A DNA stretch of 64,000 nt from Callorhinchus milii (taxonomy: Eukaryota). Made by a program: the position numbers and the translations under genes. The stretch covers positions 72,294,001 through 72,358,000 of the forward strand of contig NW_024704743.1 in the NCBI RefSeq assembly GCF_018977255.1. Direction: 5' to 3'. This document shows positions 24,465-37,552 of the stretch, in pieces; positions within the stretch are counted from its first letter, which is position 1, and each line of letters opens with the position of its first letter. The notes under the pieces were generated by a model, which saw only the letters and a list, made by a program, of their open reading frames with translations, did not search any database and was not told where the DNA came from.

Positions 24465-24722
24465 TCCCATCTGCCTGTTCAGATTGATATTAAAGACCCC
24501 ACTTCACTACTCGAAAAGATAAGATAGATTCTCCCGGTGTCTTGGCCAACAAATCCGCCAAGTAAAATTGATCACTCACTCCATGGCTGTTTGTGGAACA
24601 TTGCTGTACTCAAACTGGCTGCCGCGTTTTACCCACAAAATACGCAGTCAATCCACTTCACAGTATATGTTGTCTCAACAATGTGATAATGCACTATATC
24701 AAATGCAAGGATTATTATTATT
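24465..24722 (+). mobile_element. Deu-domain SINE 3' part
   Basis: ctgcctgttcagattgatattaaagacccca core, ggctgtttgtggaacattgctgt, (tta)n tail. Confidence 0.75.
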
Positions 24723-25320
24723 GTACACTCGGAATACTAGAGATTGAAAAGCTGGATTGATCAATAGTAATTCTAAAACAGAGAGAGAGAGAGATTAAAA
24801 TTTGCTTTCCTTCTCAGTAGGTTAGACATATTCTCTTTGAGGAACAATAACTAATATACCTATAGTTGCCAAGAAATACAGTGCATTCCATCAGGCTCCG
24901 TGCAGCCCCACTTGGAGTTTGACTGTGATTGGCCATCATGAAAATATTTCCTAATGGGAGTTTCATATAACAAACTTGGGTCTTAATTCTTATTGAAAGA
25001 AGATGCCCAAAGTTTGTTGGCAAATATAGAGTTCTAGAGATGGCATTTCAACCTCTCTAAACAAAGAAAAGAAACAGCAATGTTCTAGTGCATGGTCAGT
25101 TTAGTTTATAGTCCTAGTAAAATTTGTCAAGTTGCCTCACCAGCTGGTCATGGCAGTGAAATAATGATCTTGAAAGTAAATTCTTGCTTATTTATATTGG
25201 TATTATGGAAATTAAGGTACTCAAATAACGTCGTAACTGGAGAAATAAAAAATGACATTATAGCAATGAGGCATCTTCTGGGTGTGACTTTGTCATTATA
25301 TTCTGTCTTTTACATTCCAA

Positions 25321-26421
25321 TGTTATCATAAAATTATAAGAGAGGTTCTTATGCTCCTATGACTGAACAACATTTCACAAGTTGTGGATGACGAGTCAGG
25401 AGTAATCTATTAGGGCCTTCGTGAGTAAAATTATCTGAGTTTTTCCATTATTATTCAATATGAAATCTATTAATACTACAGGTTTAAACAATATATATAC
25501 CAATCCGGCCACTCCCTTCACTCAGCACGCACCGGCCTGCTTTAGGCCGGTTCCCGCTGAACTTCAGCTCTCTCTTGTGAGTTGTTGTTTTAATTCTAAT
25601 CAGCTCATGGGTACCGTACTCAAGGACAGTCTCAATTTGTTTAAACCAGCCTGCAACACCATCAGGGAGGTGAGAACATGCAGATTCACATGGACCATCC
25701 TGATGTTTGAGAAAAAGGACAATTATAAAAGAGGTCGAGCTAAGCTATACTTTATTCAGTCAGAGTCGGTCATTCCAAGTGTTCGGTTCGAGTTAGTAAG
25801 AGAATGACTACGTTTTCACTTCTCCAGGAAGGCAGAACTTCTTCCTGAAGTTCTGCAACTCAAGCCACTCGACATCAACTGTTCCAAGGTTCTAGCCATT
25901 TCAGCAACATCGGTAAAATGCAAAGAAGGACAGAAGAACTGTAACGATAAGAGAACACAGCTGCAACACAACTGCTAGAGATTCAACTTTGGTCCTTTGA
26001 TTGAACGGCCGCTATTATCAACATTCCAGTTCCAGAGACGAGATCTTTGGTTCTTTGACTCAATGCCTACTATTATCAGCTCAACAGAAAGGTTAACGCT
26101 CCTACTGGCCATGCTTCCCAGGCTCAACAGAGTCGTTAATTCTTCTGCTGATTGTACTATCGCCTGGACCTTCGAAAGAACCCTAGCAAGAGATACTGCT
26201 TATGAACTTATGGACTTTGATATTGACTTTAATATTGCCAATAACATTGCTATACATGAGCATCACAGCAAATATTGTTTGTCGTAACCCTGTCTATTCT
26301 TACCATGTTATTGAACTCATGCAAAGTTTCTGCCTTATTGAGTAAACAAGTTCAAAATGTAAAATACAAGTGACTTTGGTTCCTCTGTTCACGGGTTCCT
26401 CATATCAAATTTCAGCTAACA
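25321..26421 (+). mobile_element. Possible solo LTR (~1.1 kb)
   Basis: TGTTA...TAACA termini, tataaaag (~25724), agtaaa (~26341), more CpG than flanks, free of SINE/LINE insertions; no matching TSD. Confidence 0.4.
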
Positions 26422-26645
26422 AAATAAGATGGTCCTTACTGACCCAGATTGCAGGAAAGTGGTTAACTCCAATATTGACCATACCTTTGAAACCAACTTT
26501 AAAGCTTTAATAGGCATTCTCTCTTAAATAAAACACATTCACTGAACTTGTCTTCATTTATTTAGAGATATGTGGTAGATTTATGCATCAAATACATAAC
26601 TTGTGCACACACTTGTGTCTGATATTATTATGGCGAACATAATAC

Positions 26646-26881
26646 TGGGGAGAAATTCCATCTCAGTCTAACTTTTCTCTATGTTTGTAGCATTTCAAAG
26701 CATTAATTTGGCAAATTGTTGAATTAAGTCTTAATTTCAATGCTGATTTTCTGTGGTAATTCTTAAAATGAACCTACAAGCAAAAAACACTTCAACAATT
26801 AAGGTTTATTTACAAATTTGCCAAATTCTGAAATGCTAAGAAAATAGAATAAATCTACACCCAGGTGGAATTCCTACCTCA
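26646..26881. mobile_element. Fold-back MITE (PIF/Harbinger-like termini)
   Basis: ggggagaaattccatct / aggtggaattcctacctc termini; inner arms agcatttca...aatttggcaaatt / aatttgccaaattctgaaatgct; partial copy at 48222-48277. Confidence 0.65.
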
Positions 26882-27189
26882 ATATATGGCTGTTTCAGCT
26901 TTCTCTGACCCCGCAATGTTTTTCCAAACAATATTTCATGAATCAATGCTCCTTTAGTGCTTATATAAGATATTGCTTCTCTCGTTCATAAAGCATTTGC
27001 TGGCAATAAATAAAACCTGGCACTTTAGATCCTTTGGAAACATTTGGCCCAATTACAATCCCAAATATAAACTATTTTCACAGTTGGTCATTGGTCTAGT
27101 AAAAATTTTATATGAAATAGAGTTCTGCATTTCACATCAACATTTTCATTTTTGGAGGCTTTTCAAGATTGTTTTGATCTTTGTTTCTA

Positions 27190-27760
27190 ACTAACTTGTT
27201 TGTTCTTGCTAGCTCCACCATTCACAAAGTCCAACTGATTCAAAAACTCTGCAGCCTGTATTCTCACCCACAACAAACTCCACACCCCAATCGCCCTTGT
27301 CCTTGCCATTGGCTCCCTGTCATTGAACAAATCAATTTTGAGATCTTCATACTCATCTACAAATCATTTTATGTCCTAGAATTTCCCTACCTCTGCCCTA
27401 CCCCACTCCTGTATCCACCCATTTTGTCTGGCTGGCTCAGGGCTTCTGCACGTCCCTCAATCCTTCTGCTTCACCTTCAGCGCCCATGCTTTCAGCCACT
27501 ATGCCCCGCTCCCGATCCTGAGGCATGAACTTCCTGCCTCAGTCCTTCCGCCTTGGCCTCCTCTTTGCTTGTCTTCAAATTGTTCCTAAAAACTTTCCTC
27601 TTCAACCATTCCTGCTGCTACAACAACAACAAATCTACACTTATATAGTCCTTTTCACGTTGGGGAGGGGGCCCCATGCACTACACTGCTTCTCCTCTGC
27701 TTGGACTCAAGCTTCACCATTGTTAAGTGCTCGGTTACATTTTTGACATACAAAAAAGGA
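27190..27760 (+). mobile_element. Old L2 3' fragment
   Basis: HKVQLIQ, HWLPVIEQINFEIFILIYKS peptide. Confidence 0.7.
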
Positions 27761-27934
27761 TCACACAGCAACAATTACAGAAGCAGCTTTAGATCTTGTT
27801 GTGCAATCCACAGTAGGATTAGACTGAGTCAAACATGCATTAGCCATGCTCTGTGGGTCATTAACTTGTATGCCAGACACAGAATGATATAGAATCATTA
27901 TTTTTCATTACAATCAGTCTAGTTGGCTTCAATT

Positions 27935-28900
27935 TGACCAGCAAAGCATAGACTATTGCCACATACGAGGCTTGTAAGCAAAATAGAAGCCCATGGTATT
28001 AAAGGGACAGTAGCAGCATGGATACAGAACTGGCTGGGAGACAAAAATCAGAGTGGTGGTGAACGGTTGTTTGTCTGACTGGAAGAACAATAGACAGACT
28101 GATAAAATGGACAGACACGTTGCAGATGAAGTTTAATGTGGAGAAATGCGAAGTAATGCATTTTGGGAGGAAGAATGAGGAGAGGCAATATAAGCTGATG
28201 GTGCAATCTTAAAGGGGGTGAAGAAACAGAGAGACCTGGAGGTTCATATAAGTATATCTTGGAAGGTGGTAGGACAGGTAGATAAAGATGTTAAAAAAGC
28301 ATATGGGATACTAGGCTTTATAAATAGGGGCATAGAATACAAAAGTCAGGAAGTTATAATAAACTTTTCTAAAACACTGGTTAGGCCTCAGCTAGAGCAC
28401 TGTGTTCAGTTCTGGACCCATACTTTAGGAAGGATGTCAAGGTATCGGAGAGAGTACAAAGGAGATTTACCAGAATGGTACCAGGAATGAGGGACTTCAG
28501 TTATCAGGAGAGACTAGAGAAGCTAGGATTATTCTCTTTGGAGCAGAGAAGGTTAAAAGGAGACTTAATAGAAGTTTTCAAAATTATGAGGGGATTCAAT
28601 AGGGTGAACAAGGATAAACTATTTCCACTGGTGGGTGGGAAACAGAGGGGAGGTGAGGAGAATTTTTTTCGCAAAGTTAGTTGTTCGGATCTGTATGCAT
28701 TGCCTGAAAGGGTGGTGGAAGCCGATTCGATAGCAACTTTTAGAAGAGAAGTAGATAATTATTTGGGGAGGACAAGTTTGCAGGGCTTGGGGAGAGAGCG
28801 GGGGACTGGGATTGATTTGGATAATTCTTTTCAAAGAGCTGGCACAGACACGATGGGCTGAATGGCCTCCTTCTGTGCTGCATAATTCTATCATTCTATG
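27935..28900 (+). mobile_element. CR1 LINE 3' end with internal deletion of RT core
   Basis: KIEAHGIKGTVAAWIQNWL, MKFNVEKCEVMHFG, KTLVRPQLEHCVQFW, SYQERLEKLGLFSLEQRRLKGDLIEVFKIM; gggctgaatggcctccttctgtgctg-(attctat)n tail. Confidence 0.93.
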
Positions 28901-30269
28901 AAAACAATAGCAATACAATTTTACATTTATTCAGCACCTTTCACATTGGGAGGATATATCAAAGTGCTTGACAATGCTGGCTGGACATCTGGCACTGGGC
29001 GTGGGAGCTGAAGGGAGTGAGGAGGGGTAAGATTACTAAAATTGCGGTCAAAGAGGTATCATAACTAAATACAACTTTTAATTTTCAAGTCTGCCTGCAA
29101 ATTCATATGGTAATAGGAGTATGTTTTAAGGCTGTAATCGAGCTGTATGGTTTACTGACTTCAAATAGTGCAAAAGCAGAGCAGCAGCAATTTATGAATG
29201 TCATCTCCACATTGATCAGTGAAGAGACTGCAGTGTCTAATTCATTCTGTACAATCTGCTGTAATGCACATTGTCAAAGTATTGGATGTTTTGTGAAAGT
29301 TATAAGATTTCATTACTGGGGATGTTGTGGAGCCGAAATACACTCAGTACAAACTGAACAGCAGGCTGATCCTTTTTTATAGGTTCATTGATGGATATTT
29401 ATCACAAAATAACTTGAAGTCAATTGTAGGAGAATTAAACATTCTCATTGTTCCTGAAAAAATTGAGAAACAGTAGAAACATTAATGAGGCAACAGCATT
29501 CGCAATAGTACATAAAAGCAAAAGACCAGAAGTCTGGTATTCCTAAATTTATTCTGTTGCTTATCTGTCAGTGATAATTAAAAAACTGTAAAGAGTTTGC
29601 CTGCAAAACACACAGTCACTACACTTTACATTATAACCAGTGAAGTTGGATGTCCTCCCATCATGAAAGATGCTATACAAATGTAAGGATTATTATTATA
29701 TTATAAAAATAGCAAAGAAATTGCAGTTAGAATCATAGAATCACAGAAATTTATCCCACATAAGAAGCACTCAAAGACGCTACCACACGTGAAGGGAGAT
29801 ATATAAATGCAAATTATTGTTGTTGAGGCCATTTAGCCGATCGAGTTTGCACCAGCTCTCAAAGTAAGCTGTTCGTTCATTCCCACTGCCTGTCCTATGC
29901 CCTTTAGTTAAAAATTGTCCTTAACACCTGTCTTATGACAGGTTTAGAACTGAACACCTCCTGACTCTGGGAGAATGTGTTCTCTCTCAGGCTTCTCACA
30001 GTGAATTTGACAACCACCTTTGTTAAAATTTTAGCAAGAATCAATTTTGTGATTCTCAATCACTAATTTTTAATTTTTTCTGTAAGAATCATATAGTTTT
30101 AACCGATGTATTTGTAAGCCAGTATCTCTCAAAAAAGCTTGAACACCATGCTCTCCGTAGCAAGATTAGAGACCTTCCTGATTATTTTTTATCATTATTA
30201 TTATTATGTAAGCAATATTCATCCTTATATTTGGTACAGCAGCTTTGACATCGGGAGGACACAGCAATG

Positions 30270-30660
30270 AGGTGAACTTGTGGCAAACATGGGAAGTGGC
30301 TGCAGGGAGGGAGAGCTCCAGCCTATACTGTCCTGCCGCTAAGCACCATGGAGTCTGCTTCACAACGGGCACGTCTATTTGCCAAGGCCCCTTACATGAG
30401 GACCTGGATTGAGCAGCTGGTGCTGAGTAGAGCCTGCTGCATGGCATTGGACTTGGACCTCGAGAACATCGAGGTGGCTGGCATGTCACAAGCTGTCCTG
30501 TAAAAGTGTGTTGGTGGGATTGTTAAAATCCAGATTTCGATTTGCGATTGCCCAAAGATGTTACATTCCCACACTTTCCACAGGATGCTTGGAATTCTCA
30601 GTTTGGTAAGGATACTCTTAAGCATGTTGATAGGTGTCTGCTGATCCGGTCAGCCAGGTG
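30270..30660 (+). mobile_element. Possible post-RT fragment of the same uncommon LINE type as 15130-15790
   Basis: Manual translation MESASQRARLFAKAPYMRTWIEQLV / HWTWTSRTSRWL resembles, from memory, the region downstream of RT in some non-LTR ORFs. Confidence 0.35.
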
Positions 30661-30696
30661 TCACGGCTGACCAAAAAAAAACAAAGATTGGGAGGC

Positions 30697-31062
30697 CTCA
30701 AAGCGCTTCACGGGATATACTGCAAAATGTGTTTTGTGGATAAAGACAGTAGACTATTTGCACACAGCAATCCCCCACAAAAGATATAAAGTTAATGGCC
30801 AGTTTTATTTTGGTGGATTGTTGTCCAGTACACCGTGAGAAACTTGCTTCTCTTTTTGAGTTTGATTGTGGGATCTTTAACATCCACCTGAACAGGCAAA
30901 TGGGGCCATCGGTTTCACCCACAGGACAGCACCTCCAACAATGAAGCACACCCCCAGCACTGCATTGCAATGTCAGTCTAGAGTTCCAACTTTCGACATG
31001 GGCTTGAACCCACAACACTCTGACTTAGAGATGAGTATGCTTCCAACAGAGGCAGGCTGACG
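30697..31062 (-). mobile_element. Deu-domain SINE, near full length
   Basis: gggatctttaacatccacctgaacagg core; head gggcttgaacccacaacactctgacttagag. Confidence 0.85.
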
Positions 31063-31679
31063 CACAGGAAAATGTGACCATTCAAGTTTCTATGTGTGAG
31101 TCTTTGGTTTAGTTTTACCCCCTGCTTATGTCTCACTACCCACTTTCCCCATTCCCAAATCCTTATTAATATTTTTCCACTTTAGTTTCTGTTTAATTTG
31201 GCTTAGCTCATTTTCGGTCTGTATGGCTTTCTCATTTCTTCAACTAACAAAATATTTGTGGTTATTTTTAAATAAGACAGTTTTTGTTTTTTAACTGAGC
31301 TGCGAGACAGTTTATTTCAATGTCCAGCAGCCCTCTGCGTAAATTCCGTGTTGGTTTTATTTTTCTTCCAAATCGTATTGTTCCATCCTGTCAGTCTGCT
31401 TCCTTCACCCGCGAAGAATCTTATTGGTGCCAGGGTTTATTGCTTTTCAGTATCACAAGTAACCTCAGCACTCAGCTAATGCTCCCAGCATTTGATTATG
31501 CACAGGAGAGTTTGGGAACATATGGAAACAATTAAAATGGCCAACCCAGTCGAGGGAGTGTAAATAATATGCGCATTCACTCTGTACATGCAGTTCACCA
31601 TAGTTTAAGGATATGCCTGAACAACTGTAGAAATTACACTGGATACGAAGAACATTTGGCTTACTGGGTACTGCATAGC

Positions 31680-31850
31680 TGAAAACTCCTCTAGTCTTAG
31701 TCTGGAAGACTGCTTCATTTTAAGATTTAAGATTGTGGAGAATTGCGGAAAATTCTCAAATTTAGCCTCAATTTTCTTTTTAAGCACTGCAGAAAACTGG
31801 CTTCCAAATTCAAATCTTACTCTAAATATTGCAGCAAACCAAACATCCAT
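31680..31850 (-). mobile_element. MITE fragment related to 53119-53375
   Basis: cattttaagatttaagattg...gcggaaaattctcaaatttagcct is the reverse of aggctgaattttaagaatgttccac...caatcttaaattttaa. Confidence 0.55.
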
Positions 31851-32214
31851 TGAGAAACCCTTTGTGGCTATGATTAGTTTTGGAATGCAGGGTTTAAATG
31901 TGAAGTGAGCCAGACAGAAACCACTTTGTCCATGTGTAATCCTAATTCTCTCCCAATCCCACTTGGCAAACAGTTCGGGTGCCTAGCCAGCAGTACTAAA
32001 CGCTTCGGGATGTCCTCCGGACATGAAAGGTGCTATATAAATGTAAGTTTATATTGTAAATCTGTACTGTAATTCTGTAAGAACAGAACACAAATTACAC
32101 GGGGAAAGGTTGTTGCGAGGACGAGCGATGTTGTGAAACTATATTTTGTAAAGCACTTTGAAATGTTTATTTCACATTCATTATAATAACTGCAAGTTAT
32201 ATAATTACTATCTT

Positions 32215-32745
32215 GTTGGGCAAGTTTCCGTACTCCACACGCCTCTGTTTACCCAGCAGTAACAACAACAACAACAAGATTCCATTTATAAAGCACCTTT
32301 CACGTCAGGAGGACGTCCCAAGGCGCTGCACAGTTGGGTCATGACCCGAGCAGGGGGGAAATGGTCAGGGTGAGGGGAGGGAAGGGAGGGAGCGAGGAAG
32401 GGGGAGATGGTCAGGGTGAGGGGAGGGAAGGGAGGGAGCGAGGAGGGGGAAGAGAGTCGAGAGGGGAGCTGAAGGCTCGGTCAAAGAGAAGTAAGTAGCA
32501 ACCTGGTTGTTAGTCGATTGGCAGATAGCTTTTCCGGGGATGATAATCCTTCCAAAATAATAAATAAATATAATAATAATTTGGTCACTCAATCCAGGAC
32601 TGTTTATGGGCACTAATGTGTACAAATAACTGTTGCGTTTCACCCACATAATATATAATTTATAGAATATTCTGTGAAGCGTTTTGAGACGTCTCGAAGA
32701 CGTGATGAAGCGTTATATCAAATGCAAGTATTTTTATTATTATTG
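32215..32745 (+). mobile_element. tRNA-Ala-type SINE (long variant, headless) interrupted by L2 3' end at 32262-32490
   Basis: SINE cagcagtaa resumes as agtaagtagcaacc after an opposite-strand L2 end with (caa)n tail. Confidence 0.88.
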
Positions 32746-32904
32746 TCATTATCTTGCCCAAGATGTCACTCTTCATGTGTGAACTGGGCAGGAGGAGACT
32801 GAAAGCCAATTTTAGCACCTGAATTGCTGCCTGAACTGAGATCAGCTAATTCAGGGCAAATGAAACCTGCATCTATGAATTATTGCTACGAAACCTTTAC
32901 CAAT

Positions 32905-33340
32905 GCTAGAACCATAAAAATTTATAGCACAGAAGAAAGCCATTTGTTCCATTGTGTCTGTACTGGCCCTTTGAAAGAACAATTCATTCAATCCTATTGA
33001 CTTGCCTTTTCTTCCTACTCCTGCAAATTATTACCTTTTAGATATCCATCTTGTTCCTTCTTCAAAGGTAACATTGATTCTGCCTTCATCACCGCAACCA
33101 ACAAGACATTCCACATCCCAACAACTGTGTGTAAAATAAATCCTTCCAAACTCCACCTATGTTCCTTTGACAACTGAAATTGATGTCGTCAAGTCACTGA
33201 CGCACCGACCAATGGAAATATTTTCTCCCTATCCACTTCATCAAAACCCCTCATCATTTTAAAGACATCTATCAGGTCACCCCTCAACCTTTTCTGTCCT
33301 AGTGAATGTAGGCGCACTGCCTCCAGTCTCTGCTCATAGA
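32905..33340 (-). mobile_element. CR1 LINE 3' end (old)
   Basis: agcacagaagaaagccattt terminus; ttttaaagacatctatcaggtcacccctcaacctt = RLRGDLIDVFK on minus strand. Confidence 0.75.
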
Positions 33341-33352
33341 TCAAAGTATTCG

Positions 33353-33665
33353 TAATAATAATCCTTGCATTTACTGTAGCGCTGTACTACATCATTGAGA
33401 CTTCTCAAAGAGCTTCACAGAATGCAAAATACAATTACAAATTTACATTTGGAAAGCGCCTTTCACATCGGGAGGATGTCCCAAGGCGCTGAACAGTTGG
33501 GCGGGAGGGGATTGGGATCAGGGAGGGTGGAAGCCAGGGAGGGTAGGAGAGTGGCCAAAGAATAAAGGGAATTAACTGTATATTTTTGCGGGTGAAACGT
33601 GGCAGCCAATTGTGCACAGCAGTATCTCACAGACAGTCGTGGATTTGTGACCAAATTCGGATTAT
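33353..33665 (-). mobile_element. SINE 3' part with nested L2 3' end (33424-33560)
   Basis: SINE tail ...gcttcacagaat interrupted by tttggaaagcgcctttcacatcgggaggatgtcccaaggcgct. Confidence 0.75.
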
Positions 33666-36117
33666 TTTATGGTATCCTGAGAAGGGGCATTGAAACTTAG
33701 GGTTGAAATTCCATTCACTGTTAATTTAGTGACTTTGGTGATCTGATATTATAAAGGGGGGAATCCCTTTAGCAGCCGACATCATCAAAGCTGCAATGTA
33801 TATCACTGATCGAAATTTCAGTCCACATTAACTTTACCCTCAGTTTAATGATACTCTTTAATCAGTGGATAAAATTGCACCAGTGATGATGTATCAATAT
33901 ATACAAATGGTTCCAAGATCCCAGTTTTTCTCCATATGTACTCAGTAGTGGCAGTCAATCCAGTGCATCATTCTGATCAGTTATGGCTTATTGGATGTAA
34001 CAGAGTGTAAAGAGAATATAAACTAGGGAACTGTAATACATAACATGAATATGCTTTAAAACCCTGATCAATGAAAATCCACTGAGATTCTGCACCAAAT
34101 ACAGAACTAAATTCTGCTTTAAGGCTTCCTACATCCTGTGGCATGATTTTGTAAAATCCTGCTGCAAAAAGACATAAATTTTACACAAGGCTTCTGTTAC
34201 TAAATTAACACTGCTTTCGATTTTTAGAAACAGGAGAAAACATGAGGTCTTTGGAGAGTCACTTTAGTTCACAACATACCTTTTATCCCTTCAATCTTTC
34301 ATCTTCTTTCATCTTGCTATCTTGTTTCATCCCTTTGAATTCTAACTTAATTCATCTTTTAAAGGGGAAGTGTGTTCTACTGAACTGTTATGAAGGGAGA
34401 TACCTGAGTGCTTCTTGGTCTCTTTCAAATGTCCTCTTGACCTCATTTTGCTTTTGAATGGCTGACTGTAGGTCAGCCTGACAGCTGCTATTTTATGTTG
34501 CCACATGTGTAGGAATACCACCATTTTAACCTCAATGTCATTTATGCTGCCGTGCCACTTTCTTAACATTTCTGGGATGTTTTTAGGATAGCCGTACAAT
34601 ACTAAGTGCTTTGAGACGTCCTCCTGATGTGAAAGGCATAGTACAAATTGTACTGTATTTGTATTGTATTCTATTGCAAAACTGCTTTTAAAAGGGCAAT
34701 GACTTCTAGCAGAATTCCCTTCATAAGAAAGCTGGAATCCCTTAACCTTAGCTTGTGGGAATTCAACTCCAATGTAATCTACTTTTGAAATGGAGTTCCC
34801 ATGGTTCAATGTGACATGCAGAATTGTACTTCTGGTTAACAAAAGAAGTTGTTATTTGAATTTCTTATTAAATAATATCCCATTAGAAATCATCCCATAT
34901 TAGACCTCAGTGGGTTCAGTGTATAGCAGCACCTGTCTGAACAGCCCTTTGAAACAATTCAGGACAATTCAAATTCAACAATTCGTTATTAAAAGATCAC
35001 AGCTAATTTGTTTTCCTTTCTGTTAAAAGCTGGTCTCCCAATAGAAAAAAAACCCTGCTTTCTTCCCAGGGTTACTATGCTCCTTTAAAATGTGTTGAAA
35101 GCATTTTCCTTCACTCACTCACTGCATCTTTCATCATATGCGAATGCCTCACTGACATGGTGGTTCATTTAGGTTACACATACGATATTGATCTTTTAAT
35201 GTAAATAGTCTGGAGCACACTATATAACAAGCATTAATATTCTCTTCAAAACTGGTTGCGAATAAGGATATATCCATATGAATAGAACAGAAAGGCTTCC
35301 TTTGCAATGTGCTGGATTTATTACAATTTACAGGCTGTTGATGTGTGACAGCTCTCATTTACAGCACTATGATTTGGAGGATTGTTTCATACAATTTTGC
35401 TTTGAGTGTTCGAATGCTAGACTCAAAACCAGTGGCTGGCTGATGTTGCCTCTGGCAGTTTGATAAATCTTGTATATCTCTTGACAACATGTCTTGTGCT
35501 CAGAATAGGGCTGAAATATGACTGAAGTCCTCTGGATACATTCATTTGAGGAACTTTTCTTTGTTACTTATTGCTTGTGTGACTAGGGATGCAGAACATG
35601 AAGGCAACATTAAAAGTCAAACAGAAAATTTCAATATAGTGTCCAGGATTTATATGACAATATAGAATTCAGTTACCACACTATTTTAATACTTATTAAT
35701 ATTTCAGGGTATGAAAAGACTGCTAGTATTATGAAATCAAATTATTACAAATGTAGGTTATTAGTTACACACACACACACAGTATTACCATTACTTATAA
35801 ATAAAGTCACTCAACCAGGGAAACTAAGGAGAAGGTGTGTGTAGAATATGATTTTGTAGAAAAATGTAGGTTAAGTTAAAAATGTATTTAAATAATGGAG
35901 GCATAAAACACACTGATTTCAAACATATGTCCTTAATAATAATCCTTGCATTTGATGTAGCACCTTTCACATCAGGAGAACGTCTCTAACTGCTTCACAG
36001 AGAATATCTCTAAATGTTTATAAAGTGCAATGATTATGTATTTTGTGGGTAAATGTAACAACGAATTTGTGCACAGCAATTGTCCCGAAAATAGACATGA
36101 AGCCATGAAGGCGTGCG

Positions 36118-36360
36118 TTTCAGCCTGGCTCAGTTGGCATCATTCCTTCCTCTGAGTCAGATGGTTATGGGTTCAAGTCCCACATTAAGACTTTGGCTTC
36201 ATATAGTCTGAGATGACACTCACATGCAGTGTGGATGATGTGCCTCATTGTTGCAGATGCCATCCTTTGAATGACACACTAAACCAAGGTCCTGTCTACC
36301 TGTTCAAGCCATTCCTATTTCACAGTTTGGCACTATTTGAAGAGAGAAGGGAGTTCCTCA
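36118..36360 (+). mobile_element. Deu-domain SINE 5' part (tRNA head + Deu core)
   Basis: tcagcctggctcagttggc A box, gggttcaagtccc B box, taaaccaaggtcctgtctacctgttca core. Confidence 0.8.
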
Positions 36361-36594
36361 AACATGGAATAATGAAGCGCCTAGGGAAATCTAGGTGCGT
36401 AAGAGGGACCTAACATAGGAAGGAAATTGTGGCTGAAAAATCTACTGTGGAATTTTTCTTATGGAGAAGGGGAGGTCAGCAGAACTTATATACTGTATTT
36501 AATTTATTGCAAAACATTTTATAGTGATGCATTTGTCGATGAGGTTGATAGTACAGAATTTGTTGGGGTGAGATTCTGATATGGATCGGAAATT

Positions 36595-36850
36595 GGCTAA
36601 CTATTTACAGCACGGAAGAAGGTCATTCAGTCAATCATATTTGTACTGGTTCTTTGAAAGAGCGATCCTTTCAGTCCCATTCACCTAGCTTTTCCCAATA
36701 CCCCTACAATAAATCCTCTGCTCTTTACAAATCTATGTAGTTCCCTTTTGAAAGTTAATATGGATTCTGCCTCCACCACTGTACCTGGAAGAACATTTCA
36801 CATCCCACCAAAACTCGGTATAAATAAAATTCTTCCAATCTCCCCTTTGC
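36595..36850 (-). mobile_element. CR1 LINE 3' end
   Basis: acagcacggaagaaggtcattcag terminus, gattctgcctccaccact. Confidence 0.7.
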
Positions 36851-37349
36851 CCTCCACTAATTATCTTACATTGAGTCATTGTAGTTACTCACTGACACGA
36901 TCACTGGAAGCAATGGATAATTGTACACACAGCTGCATCAGTATGGTCGGAGGTGGAATGCCTTAATTATCCATGCTAGGCCAATGCTTTTAATATTGTA
37001 CATAAATGATATCACCCACAAATACACTTTACAGTATATTCTGTGAAGCACTTTGAGATGTCTCAATGATGTGATAAGGCACTATGTCAAATGCAAGGAT
37101 TATTATTATTATTATTGTCAGAATTTGAAAGTGGGAACAGAAATCATACTATCTAAGTTCGTTGATGATACCAAATTGGGGGTGAGGGTGGGGAATATCA
37201 AATTGGGATGCAAATAACAGGAAACAAATTGACCAAATGAAGAGTGATTTGGATAGATAAGATTGCTGGGTGAACAGGTGACAAATCCTATTTAATGTGG
37301 ATAATTGCAGAGTGAGGAGAATAAAGAGAATGTAAGCTAAATGCTACTT

Positions 37350-37552
37350 GTCATAGAATCGTAGAGTCATAGCATTTTACACTACAGAAGGAGGCTATTC
37401 GGCCCATCGTGTCTGGGCTGGCTCGTTGAAAGAGCTACCAACTAGTCCCACTCCCCCACTCTTACCCCATAGCCATGCAAATTGTTCCTTTATAAGTACC
37501 TATCTGATTCTCTTTTGAAAACTATTATCGAATCAGCTCCACCACCCTTCCA
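37350..37552 (-). mobile_element. CR1 LINE 3' end
   Basis: (catagaat)n tail, acagaaggaggctattcggcccatcgtgtc. Confidence 0.8.

Noticed and set aside
33960..34161. Further minus-strand exon (GFYKIMPQDVGSLKAEF...)
   Set aside because: Good acceptor and compatible phase, but no clear donor or recognisable homology.
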